Shown here: positions 1 through 7,984 of the stretch, piece after piece
How the letters are laid out: each line of letters opens with the position of its first letter
Numbering within the stretch: the stretch's first letter is position 1
NCBI GenBank assembly: GCA_043753995.1
Contig: JAYUVP010000098.1
Coordinates: 1-64,000, forward strand
Source: Fibrobacterota bacterium
GTDB lineage: Bacteria > Fibrobacterota > Fibrobacteria > UBA11236
Length of the DNA stretch: 64,000 nt
Reading direction: 5' to 3'
Translations under genes and position numbers: made by a program
The notes under the pieces: model-generated
Seen by the model: the letters and a program-made list of their open reading frames with translations, nothing else
Databases searched by the model: none
What the model was told of the DNA's origin: nothing

Positions 1-1
1 C

Positions 2-3000
2 AGCATTAAAAAACCCGAGAAAATACTTTTACCAGATGTATTGGTCACGATAAAAGACTCGACAGGTACCGTAGTCAATGAAGTAAAGTCCCAGGTCGAT
101 GGAAATTACTCCACAGGCCACGTGCCCTACGGAAGATATAAACTATGTCTTTCAAAAAATGATTTTATCCAGTCTTGCTATGATGTGAGCGTGCAATATG
201 CCTCCAATCACCCCGGGCCTTTGAAGCTTAACTTTAACACAGAAAATTATATATGGGGAACGGCTAAGCTAAAAGATGGAAGCGCAGGATATTATAAGCA
301 AGAAGTTTTTGGTGTAAACATCGACACAAAAATATTCGTCGAGATGAAGACGGGAGTTTTAACGACTCGTTGTAATATTTCCGGATATTATATTGTTCCC
401 AACGTGAATCCGAGAGAAGTCGGGAAGGTCAAAGCTAGGTGCGAGGGTGCAGCAGCTGAGTTACCGCTGAACGCTCAAAGGCGCATCGATCTGGTTTTCG
501 AAAATTCCAATCCAAAAATCAACTCAATAATCGCCTATGACGAAACAAGGAAGGCGATTTTAAGAACAAGGTCGGGCCGTAAAATCACCTTGGTTGCTGC
601 AACGAGTGATACGGACGGTAACTCCTTGCATTTCAAATGGATTCCCTTCGGAACCTTTCCCGGTTTTGTATCGGCAGATGCACCCGAAGTGGTATGGGAA
701 TTACCGGCAAGAGCAAACGGGCACTATGAGATGGATCTCATGGTTTTCGACAATTTCGGAGGTGTCGCCTACAAAAGCTATACCATAGTTGGAGGAGACG
801 GTTCCGTTAATTTTTCTGGAACCGTAAGCAATATGGATGGTTCGGGTAGAATTCCCAATGCGCAAATTAACATTAACGGACAGTTTACAACGGTAACGGA
901 TGCAAAAGGCTATTTTAGGTTTAAAGTCCCTGAAAATGCAAACGACAGGTATGTATTGAATATAATAAAGCCTGGCTTTTCACTCTGTTCCAGAATATAC
1001 ATGAATGACGCGGTTCAGAAAGATTATAAGTTAGTGTCAACCACAACCGAAACATTTGACCCCACTCAGGATATTCGAATAACCGAGAAATCGGATAAAT
1101 ACACACGATTGGAAAATCAGAACGATAGCGTAAAGCGCAGTCCCGCCTTTTTATTCATACCCAAGAACTCTATCGTGGACTCTTCCGGAAATCTTGTAAC
1201 AGGCCTGGTGGATGTCTCCATTCGTTCCATTGATATTACAAATGCGAACGGGCAAATGCCGGGAAATTTCGGTGGGAATAATAATGGGAAAAATGTGCGT
1301 TTAGAGAGCTACGGAGCTACCGATGTGCAAGTGCGTGACAAAACAAACCCAAATATCAAATACAAGTTATCGCATTCTGCTAAGGCGGAATTGAATATTC
1401 CAATCATCTCTTCTCAGCTCGCAATGGCTGGCAACAGTATTTCGTTTTGGGACTACAATGAAAAAACCGGCATGTGGGACAATATTGGAAAGGCTCAAAA
1501 ATCCGGTAGATATTATAAAGGCATCACCAATAGATTTTCGGTGCTCAATGCCGACTTTGAATTCAATACCGGTACCTACATCATCCTAAAAGACAATCCA
1601 ACTAACTCGGTCTTTGCCCATCCACATCCAATAACGATTAAGATTTTTGCTCCGCAGGCAGGGGGCGGAGTTCTCCAAGGGGGCCATATTATCGATGACT
1701 TACAAGCAAGCGACATAATACAAACCGAAGGGGTTTTGGTTGTCAATTTACCCGCTAACACCGTTATTACCGTTCAGATAATAAGCAATAACGTAGTTAT
1801 TAATACACTTAACCCGCGAACAGGGCCGGTCATTGCTAATTCCGTAGGCTGTTGCCCACCTCCGACAGTTCTCCCTCCCTATGACCCCTCTGCCGTCCAA
1901 GTAAATATGTTGCCGGATAATCTATCCCTTGTGCAAGATCAACTCAATCGATTCCTCACTGCAGAATCAAATTTAAATGGAGCCGCTGATGCGGATAATT
2001 ATTATGCATTCATTGGCGCAAGTAATTATACAAAAAATGTCAGTGGAAATACCGTTCCTGCGCATCGCATTACATTTCCAGAATGGAGGGCTAAAAACGG
2101 ATTTAACGCAGATGGAACGGGTGATGTGAATGCCGTTTATTTTAATGGTGGCGATTTAGGCTTTTGGAGAGGAATGCATCAAAAAGGTTCGGCCTTTTAT
2201 GTTTCGAATTTTGGCAGTGATGTGGATGCTTTGTTCAATAATGTATTAGCCAACAATGGAGACCCGGCTGCGGCAAAGACGGTCGCGATGGAGTTTTCTC
2301 CGGTGACAACAGGAATCAATATCACCAAATTTTACGTGTTCAATGCCAACAACGAATTGGTGAATTCTGCAAACCTTGACAATAACAGCGGTGCGGATGG
2401 GCAAAAATATGTCCCTGGACTTTGTATTACTTGTCATGGGGGAGGGAGGATATCTTACACGGGCAATCCTGCCATTGTCGATGCGGCTACCTTTCAATCC
2501 TATTTCACAAATAATCCGAATAAAATCCCAAACTTCTTGCCTTTTGATGCAAAGTCTTTCAACTATTCTGTGGCTTCCGGAAATACTCGGGCCGATCAAG
2601 AAACCAAGATACGCGCCTTAAATCACCAAGTATTATTGAATGAAAGCCCGGCAACCCTAGACCGGTCAAAGGCCATTATAGATTATATAAATGCTTCATA
2701 TAATAATAATACGAGTCCTGGGGGGCCTGGGTTTATAGACAATGCCGTGGTAGATGTAGGTGCAGCAAACGAGACATGGAATTCGAGTACTCCCGTAAAT
2801 ACAGTTGTCCCCATGAATTTCTATGTGGACGTTGTCGGTACTTCTTGTCGCGTTTGTCATATTGCTCGAACCAATCCAAGCCTTTGGTGGGACACCAAGA
2901 AAAAATTTATCGATAGGGCAGGGTCGATAAATTTTGATGTTTGCAATTCCCCAAATAAGACTATGCCCCAATCGAAAGTAACATTTATCAATTTCTGGAC

Positions 3001-3076
3001 GAGTGCAGCCCCGAAACGATATGAGGAGATCGACCAATTTTTGAATAATTCTCGAACATCATGCGTGTCGCCGTGA
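2..3076 (+). CDS. Large secreted-type multidomain protein (carboxypeptidase-regulatory/Ig-like and CILP-like domains) with C-terminal di-heme c region; 5' end lies outside the window
   Basis: Frame is open from base 2 (SIKKPEKILLPDVL...) into the 1011-aa ORF; CxxCH motifs CITCH (2423-2437) and CRVCH (2846-2860); TDAKGYF-type beta-sandwich motifs; visibly more AT-rich than the rest of the window. Confidence 0.8.
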   Translation, partial: SIKKPEKILLPDVLVTIKDSTGTVVNEVKSQVDGNYSTGHVPYGRYKLCLSKNDFIQSCYDVSVQYASNHPGPLKLNFNTENYIWGTAKLKDGSAGYYKQEVFGVNIDTKIFVEMKTGVLTTRCNISGYYIVPNVNPREVGKVKARCEGAAAELPLNAQRRIDLVFENSNPKINSIIAYDETRKAILRTRSGRKITLVAATSDTDGNSLHFKWIPFGTFPGFVSADAPEVVWELPARANGHYEMDLMVFDNFGGVAYKSYTIVGGDGSVNFSGTVSNMDGSGRIPNAQININGQFTTVTDAKGYFRFKVPENANDRYVLNIIKPGFSLCSRIYMNDAVQKDYKLVSTTTETFDPTQDIRITEKSDKYTRLENQNDSVKRSPAFLFIPKNSIVDSSGNLVTGLVDVSIRSIDITNANGQMPGNFGGNNNGKNVRLESYGATDVQVRDKTNPNIKYKLSHSAKAELNIPIISSQLAMAGNSISFWDYNEKTGMWDNIGKAQKSGRYYKGITNRFSVLNADFEFNTGTYIILKDNPTNSVFAHPHPITIKIFAPQAGGGVLQGGHIIDDLQASDIIQTEGVLVVNLPANTVITVQIISNNVVINTLNPRTGPVIANSVGCCPPPTVLPPYDPSAVQVNMLPDNLSLVQDQLNRFLTAESNLNGAADADNYYAFIGASNYTKNVSGNTVPAHRITFPEWRAKNGFNADGTGDVNAVYFNGGDLGFWRGMHQKGSAFYVSNFGSDVDALFNNVLANNGDPAAAKTVAMEFSPVTTGINITKFYVFNANNELVNSANLDNNSGADGQKYVPGLCITCHGGGRISYTGNPAIVDAATFQSYFTNNPNKIPNFLPFDAKSFNYSVASGNTRADQETKIRALNHQVLLNESPATLDRSKAIIDYINASYNNNTSPGGPGFIDNAVVDVGAANETWNSSTPVNTVVPMNFYVDVVGTSCRVCHIARTNPSLWWDTKKKFIDRAGSINFDVCNSPNKTMPQSKVTFINFWTSAAPKRYEEIDQFLNNSRTSCVSP

Positions 3077-3131
3077 TGGTGTTAGGCTTGAGTTCCCAGT
3101 TGCGCCGCGGAATTCCTATAACCACATTCCG

Positions 3132-3983
3132 TCATGATCCCGATTCGGGCAAGACGCGGAGATCAAATCCCACCTGATCCTCTGGCTTTTCCCAAAGGAA
3201 AAACAGGTATTGGCTTGTACGTATGCGCAGCTTGGGGATGAAATTACGGTAGACTAGGAATTTCATCAAGTCGCATTCATTGGGCGCCGTATTCAGAGTG
3301 GAAGTGATCTCCACCTCGCCCATCTTTTTCAATTGCTTCACGTATTGATAGCCCTGGTGGAAGGCCTGCTTGGCAACCAACTTGCCATCGACGAATGGGT
3401 AGCGGTAGCTTCCCCCGTAGACGAAATGCCCGTCACGAAAACCGGGAATCAGGTAAACCGACACCGTATCCCTTTCCTCGAGCAAATAGAAGTTGTGCCT
3501 GCCTTTTTCGTATTCGCCCTTTGGCAATTCCCTGAGTGCCATCTGCAAGGCGTGGTATTGGCGAATCTCGGTTTCGGATCCGCTGCGGGGTTTATCGAAC
3601 TTGATCGGGCGCTTACCTCGGGGCGAAAACCTGACCTCGCAGTATTTCATGTACCCGCCGCCCTCGAAGGTATCGCAAGCTCTTGCAAAAAGAGGATCTC
3701 CAGTCGCGACTATCGAAGTAATCAGCGAGTTGTCTGGTATCCCCTTGTTGCTACGCCTCCACGAATTGCTACCGATGGCAAGAACATAAACGCCATCATA
3801 AGTCCCGGCGAATAGGTGCCCTCCAAATTCGGAGAAGGCATAGACCCCCGTGGAACCGGGAAACCCTTCGTTGATTGTCTCCCAAGTGACGCCGCGATCT
3901 TTGGAACAGAAAGCTCCCCTGACCGTCCGTCCCCGCACAAAGCGCCCCCCATCCTTGGCCAGCAGGTTATAAATTCCGGCCAT
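3132..3983 (-). CDS. Hypothetical, apparently chimeric: BNR/Asp-box propeller fragment fused to an unknown domain (possibly a pseudogene)
   Basis: N-half has SKDRGVTW and LFAGTYDGVY propeller motifs but only about 2 blades and no signal peptide; C-half is unrelated. Confidence 0.5.
   Translation of the reverse strand: MAGIYNLLAKDGGRFVRGRTVRGAFCSKDRGVTWETINEGFPGSTGVYAFSEFGGHLFAGTYDGVYVLAIGSNSWRRSNKGIPDNSLITSIVATGDPLFARACDTFEGGGYMKYCEVRFSPRGKRPIKFDKPRSGSETEIRQYHALQMALRELPKGEYEKGRHNFYLLEERDTVSVYLIPGFRDGHFVYGGSYRYPFVDGKLVAKQAFHQGYQYVKQLKKMGEVEITSTLNTAPNECDLMKFLVYRNFIPKLRIRTSQYLFFLWEKPEDQVGFDLRVLPESGS
3139..3278. repeat. Copy 1 of a degenerate ~140-bp direct repeat (copy 2 at 5303-5442)
   Basis: Collinear, no indels; about 15 mismatches over the 126-bp core by hand count. 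Confidence 0.9.
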
Positions 3984-4036
3984 GATTTGCTGGGATGGCT
4001 ACTCCCATTAGGCCGAAGGCTGCGCATAAGCAGCAC

Positions 4037-4100
4037 ATGCCCCGCAGGCTCGGCCCGAATGGCCCTGCAGCACTTGTCGGCCTCGCTTTCCTCCAAGAAA
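4037..4100 (+). repeat. REP-like dispersed intergenic element, copy 1
   Basis: ATGCCCC.CAGGCTCGGCCCG...TGGCCCT...CTTGTCGGCCTCGCYTTCCYCC.AAGAAA shared with 7656-7747; weaker inverted copy at 53346-53405. Confidence 0.7.
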
Positions 4101-4263
4101 AAATCCGGAAATACTTTATGCAATATTTGCATTGGTCGGGAATTCCCGTTTTCAGGCCCGCGCCCCGGAACTCGTTCCATCCGGGTGATTTAAACAAAGA
4201 TGAACACCCTGAATGTAGATTCGTGAAGCGCTTTGCCATCAGCTGGAAGAAAAAGGAGACGCT

Positions 4264-5178
4264 ATGCGATTTTCATTTCGTTTGTCCATAATTTTGTGTG
4301 GAATTGTGGCAATAGGCGGGCCGCAAGCCTATGTGTACAATATCGTGAACCAGATGTATCACCAGGACGGAAGTGCCTCGGGTTCCAATTTCTGGACCAT
4401 GACTTGGGGAGTACAGGCACCCGGTTCTTACAAGAATATGACTTATGGGCCTTATGCCAATAATATCGACTCGGGTGAGGCCGTGGTCATGACCAAGATA
4501 CAGGCGACGCCCTCGCAGGGCAATACTCTATTGTACTCGCGTGAGGTGCGCGAGGCACACACCGGTTCAGTTTACTTCAGCCAATACTACACGACTTCGA
4601 CCTTTAAGTTCTTCACACACTGCGAAAGCGTGTTCTTTCCTCGAGGAGGGACAAACATTGAAATACGTACGCAGCATATGGGCGGCGGCACTTTGGTTCA
4701 GAGTGATGTTTATGTCCTAACCGAATCGCAAAACAAGGATCTTGCTTTTTGGCCAGGTAGCTATCCTTACCACAATGTGGGTGATATTGTGCCAGGCACC
4801 AATATGTGGGAGGCCAAGGTCGGCGGCAAAGGTTGCAATCCTTCTTGTGGCAGCCAATACCTCACTTATGGCCCTTATACGAGCGTGTATCAAACCAATT
4901 ACGTGGTGATTTACAAGCTCTCCATCGACAATATTCTGCCCGTCACCGAGAAGGTGGCCACTCTCGATATTCTCTACCGTAACGCCAATGGCAGCGTGGT
5001 TAATGTGACCGGGAGAGATCTCTTTCGGGGGGATTTTGACGGGAATGGGAAACTCACCAATTTCGCACTGGAATTCACCAATCCTTCGTCTAATACCAAC
5101 AATTGGGAATTTCGGGTGAAATGGCATGGCAAAGGCACGATACGGCAAAGCCGCACGGTGTTATATAAGGTCTTCTAG
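4264..5178 (+). CDS. Secreted hypothetical protein with two YGPY-motif beta-sandwich modules (carbohydrate-binding-like)
   Basis: 304 aa, AAGGAG RBS, signal peptide, MTYGPY and LTYGPY motifs, WEFRV end motif. Confidence 0.75.
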   Translation: MRFSFRLSIILCGIVAIGGPQAYVYNIVNQMYHQDGSASGSNFWTMTWGVQAPGSYKNMTYGPYANNIDSGEAVVMTKIQATPSQGNTLLYSREVREAHTGSVYFSQYYTTSTFKFFTHCESVFFPRGGTNIEIRTQHMGGGTLVQSDVYVLTESQNKDLAFWPGSYPYHNVGDIVPGTNMWEAKVGGKGCNPSCGSQYLTYGPYTSVYQTNYVVIYKLSIDNILPVTEKVATLDILYRNANGSVVNVTGRDLFRGDFDGNGKLTNFALEFTNPSSNTNNWEFRVKWHGKGTIRQSRTVLYKVF

Positions 5179-5214
5179 TACTTTCCGTAGCGATTGCGGA
5201 GGCTTGAGGCATTT

Positions 5215-5249
5215 GGGTCCGCTTGGAACTAAAGCGGAACCCTTGTCTT
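5215..5249 (+). terminator. Probable intrinsic terminator of 4264..5178
   Basis: GGGTCCGCTT-loop-AAGCGGAACCC stem followed by TTGTCTT. Confidence 0.45.
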
Positions 5250-5302
5250 GATTTGGAAATGACGCGCCTGTCTGAAACCTTTAGAATCGTTTACGCTCAA
5301 TA

Positions 5303-5442
5303 CCGGATTCCGTTAGGACGCGGAGATCCAATTCCACCTGATCCTCCGGCTTCTCCCAATGGAAAAACCGGTATTGGCTAGTACATAGGCGCAGCTTGGG
5401 CATGAAATTCCGGTTGACTAAGGATTTCATCAAGTCGGATTC
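5303..5442 (-). pseudogene. Remnant of the 3' end of a paralogue of 3132..3983
   Basis: Minus strand translates to ESDLMKSLVNRNFMPKLRLCTSQYRFFHWEKPEDQVELDLRVLTESG versus ECDLMKFLVYRNFIPKLRIRTSQYLFFLWEKPEDQVGFDLRVLPESG. Confidence 0.8.
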
Positions 5443-5469
5443 TTTATTCGATGTATTATGTTACAAAAA

Positions 5470-5796
5470 TTACAATAAGGATTTGCCTAGGGCGCCTCCC
5501 AGTTCCGCCTCCAACCCTTGGATGCGGGATAGGATGTCGCCCAGGGCCGCACCGTATCGGGTCAAGGCGTATTCGGTGCGCGGGGGAACTTCTGCGAATA
5601 CGCGCTTGTCCAGCAAACCGTAATCCGTCAGCTTGCGCAACCGCTCCGAAAGCACCTTGGTGGAAATGCCCTCGATATGCGCCTCCAGTGCACCGGGACG
5701 GTTGATCCCCTTTCGCACTGCCTCCAGCACCGACACCGACCACTTGCACACTATCACGTCTTCGAGTCGCTGATAGCCCTCGCGCGATTCTGCCAT
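5470..5796 (-). CDS. HxlR-family winged-helix transcriptional regulator
   Basis: CKWSVSVL, GISTKVLSERLRKL, EVPPRTEYALT motifs; start placed at MAESREG. Confidence 0.9.
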   Translation of the reverse strand: MAESREGYQRLEDVIVCKWSVSVLEAVRKGINRPGALEAHIEGISTKVLSERLRKLTDYGLLDKRVFAEVPPRTEYALTRYGAALGDILSRIQGLEAELGGALGKSLL

Positions 5797-5953
5797 ATTG
5801 TTCTTAATCGGATTTTTCTGTCTCATATGCGCCAATGATTTACCCCATAAAGTGCCCTCCCCACCGAATTGTGCCCGCTTTCCGCCTGCCGAACGCGAGG
5901 GCATATTCATCCCGCCGTCCCGGTTCGGGCTGGCCCAAAGGAAGGATAAAAAG

Positions 5954-6187
5954 ATGGATAAAGTAATCTTCTACCACGCTGGCTGCCCCGTTTGCGCTGA
6001 GGCTGAAACCAAGGTCGCTGCTGCCCTCGATCGTTCGCGCTATGCATTGGAGGTCGTGCATCTGGGGCTAGCGAAAGCGCGCATTCCGGAGGCCCGAAAG
6101 GCGGGTGTGAAATCCGTCCCCGCCTTGGTGCTGGACGGGCAATCCTTCCACATCAACTTTGGGGCCGATCTAAAAGATTTGGAGTGA
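5954..6187 (+). CDS. Small thioredoxin/glutaredoxin-like protein (CPVC)
   Basis: FYHAGCPVC and GVKSVPALV (cis-Pro) motifs; AAGGA RBS before ATG 5954. Confidence 0.85.
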   Translation: MDKVIFYHAGCPVCAEAETKVAAALDRSRYALEVVHLGLAKARIPEARKAGVKSVPALVLDGQSFHINFGADLKDLE

Positions 6188-6192
6188 ACCCT

Positions 6193-6223
6193 AGACCTCG
6201 ACCCGATACCGGTCGGGGTCTTC
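6193..6223 (+). terminator. Hairpin after the thioredoxin-like gene
   Basis: AGACCTCGACC / GGTCGGGGTCT 11-bp stem; weak U tail. Confidence 0.4.
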
Positions 6224-6414
6224 CCCTTCAAGGTCTTACAACAAGCCTCTGATTTCACTAAACCGATTTGAAATAAAACCGCAACCCGAATTTCTGAAAA
6301 CATTCCCGTTACACGTGATACATAACACGCTCGAGGAATATCCAATGGTCGCGAAGTTCACGGCCCTAAGCAGGTTACCGTAATTCGCTACAATCATCAA
6401 ACCAAGGATCGGTT

Positions 6415-7617
6415 ATGAAAAAGTTCGGATTATACGCGCTCTCGTTGGGATTCTCCTCCTTGTTATTGCAAGGGTGTTTCGAAACCCCTACTTCGGTCAG
6501 TGAAGATCAAACCCAGAACGAGCCGGTCTTGGCCAAAGCCGCGGCCGTCGCTGCTGCGGGTCCCGATTTGCTATTCACCATTGCCAAGGTCACGGGTTCC
6601 ACCGCCACGGGATTCAATTACTCCTACACTATCAAGAATCAGGGCACCGTAGCCATCCCTGATCTCTATAATGTTTCCATCCAAAACTTCTACTCCGCCA
6701 ACACCGTATTCAACGATGCAGGCGACGTAGCGGCGGGCGGATCCATACTCGGCGTTCATGTGGCTTTGGCTGCGGGCGCGAGCTATTCCGGTAACTTCCA
6801 TTCTTCGGGCGCCCTGCCTGCGGGCCTGAATTACCTAACCTTCAAGATTGACTGGGGCAATATCGTTGCCGAGTCGAATGAGAGCAACAATACCTATGCC
6901 CTGCTCGTTCGCCCTGATCTTAGCTTCACGGTGGCTGCCGTCACGGGTTCCACCGCCACGGGATTCAACTACTCCTATACCATCCGCAACAATGGCACGG
7001 TGGCGATAGCGGATCTCTATAATGTTTCTATCCAAAACTTCTACTCCGCCAATACCGTATTCAATGATGCTGGCGATGTAGCGGCGGGCGGATCCATACT
7101 CGGCGTCCACGTGGCCTTGGCTGCGGGCGCCAGCTATTCCGGCAACTTCCATTCTTCGGGCGCCCTGCCTGCGGGCCTGAATTACCTGACCTTCAAGATT
7201 GACTGGGGCAATATCGTCGCCGAGTCCAATGAGTCTAACAATACCTACGCCCTGCTGGTTCGCCCCGATTTGCAATTCATTAGCGCCGTGATCACCGCCA
7301 GGACGGCAACCCAGGTGAGATATTCTTATACCATTCGTAACAATGGCACGGTGGCGATTGCGGATCTCTACAATGTTTCCATCCAGAACTTCTACTCCGC
7401 CAATACCATCTTCAACGATGCTGGCGACGTGGCGGCGGGTGGATCCATACTCGGCGTTCACGTGGCCTTGGCTGCAGGCGCTAGTTATTCCGGCACCTTT
7501 TATTCCTCCGGCGCCGTACCTTCCGGGTTACCCTATCTCACCTTCAAAATCGATTGGGGCAATATCGTCGCCGAATCGAATGAAAACAATAATACCGTCG
7601 CTCGGCTGATTCCTTAA
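6415..7617 (+). CDS. Lipoprotein with three tandem CARDB-like domains
   Basis: Lipobox LLQGC; three 117-aa units PDL...YTIxNxGT...AESNExNN. Confidence 0.9.
   Translation: MKKFGLYALSLGFSSLLLQGCFETPTSVSEDQTQNEPVLAKAAAVAAAGPDLLFTIAKVTGSTATGFNYSYTIKNQGTVAIPDLYNVSIQNFYSANTVFNDAGDVAAGGSILGVHVALAAGASYSGNFHSSGALPAGLNYLTFKIDWGNIVAESNESNNTYALLVRPDLSFTVAAVTGSTATGFNYSYTIRNNGTVAIADLYNVSIQNFYSANTVFNDAGDVAAGGSILGVHVALAAGASYSGNFHSSGALPAGLNYLTFKIDWGNIVAESNESNNTYALLVRPDLQFISAVITARTATQVRYSYTIRNNGTVAIADLYNVSIQNFYSANTIFNDAGDVAAGGSILGVHVALAAGASYSGTFYSSGAVPSGLPYLTFKIDWGNIVAESNENNNTVARLIP
6562..7614 (+). repeat. 3 x 351-bp intragenic tandem repeat
   Basis: Units start at 6562, 6913 and 7264; cores are nearly identical. 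Confidence 0.95.
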
Positions 7618-7655
7618 TTTTCCGGGGGCTCAGCCACTCGTTCCGTGCCGTCCAA

Positions 7656-7747
7656 ATGCCCCCCAGGCTCGGCCCGCCCAAGGGCCAGTTAAGAAATAAC
7701 TGGCCCTAACCCTTCGCCCTTGTCGGCCTCGCCTTCCCCCGAAGAAA
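7656..7747 (+). repeat. REP-like element copy 2 with an internal perfect 11-bp hairpin
   Basis: Same flanks as 4037-4100; AGGGCCAGTTA-AGAAA-TAACTGGCCCT at 7681-7707. Confidence 0.7.
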
Positions 7748-7984
7748 GGCGCGAAAGTAGGATATAGCCCATTCTTTGCGTGATTACGTGATTAATATCA
7801 CTATTCGATTTGTATTTCTCCAGCGCCCGCTTGCCTCCCAGGCGTGAACTGTTCGCCCCAGGAGAACGGATTTTTCAGCTGTAGGAGCCAATTTTCCCCT
7901 GTGGCCGGCTGAGTTTAGAGAAACGGACTAAGTTCTTCGAGACCCGATCCAATACCCGCATACGGATCCGTCACGGAGGTTTTC

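Noticed and set aside
3081..3087. GTTAGGC after the first gene, like an integron core site
   Set aside because: No matching RYYYAAC inverse core or attC hairpin, and no integrase in the window
6347..6380. GGTCGCGAAGTTCACGGCCCTAAGCAGGTTACCG resembles the 3' half of a c-di-GMP-I riboswitch upstream of the CARDB gene
   Set aside because: No GGCAAAC/GAAA-tetraloop P2 stem upstream and the P3 interior is missing; at best a decayed relic. An Rfam RF01051 scan would decide.
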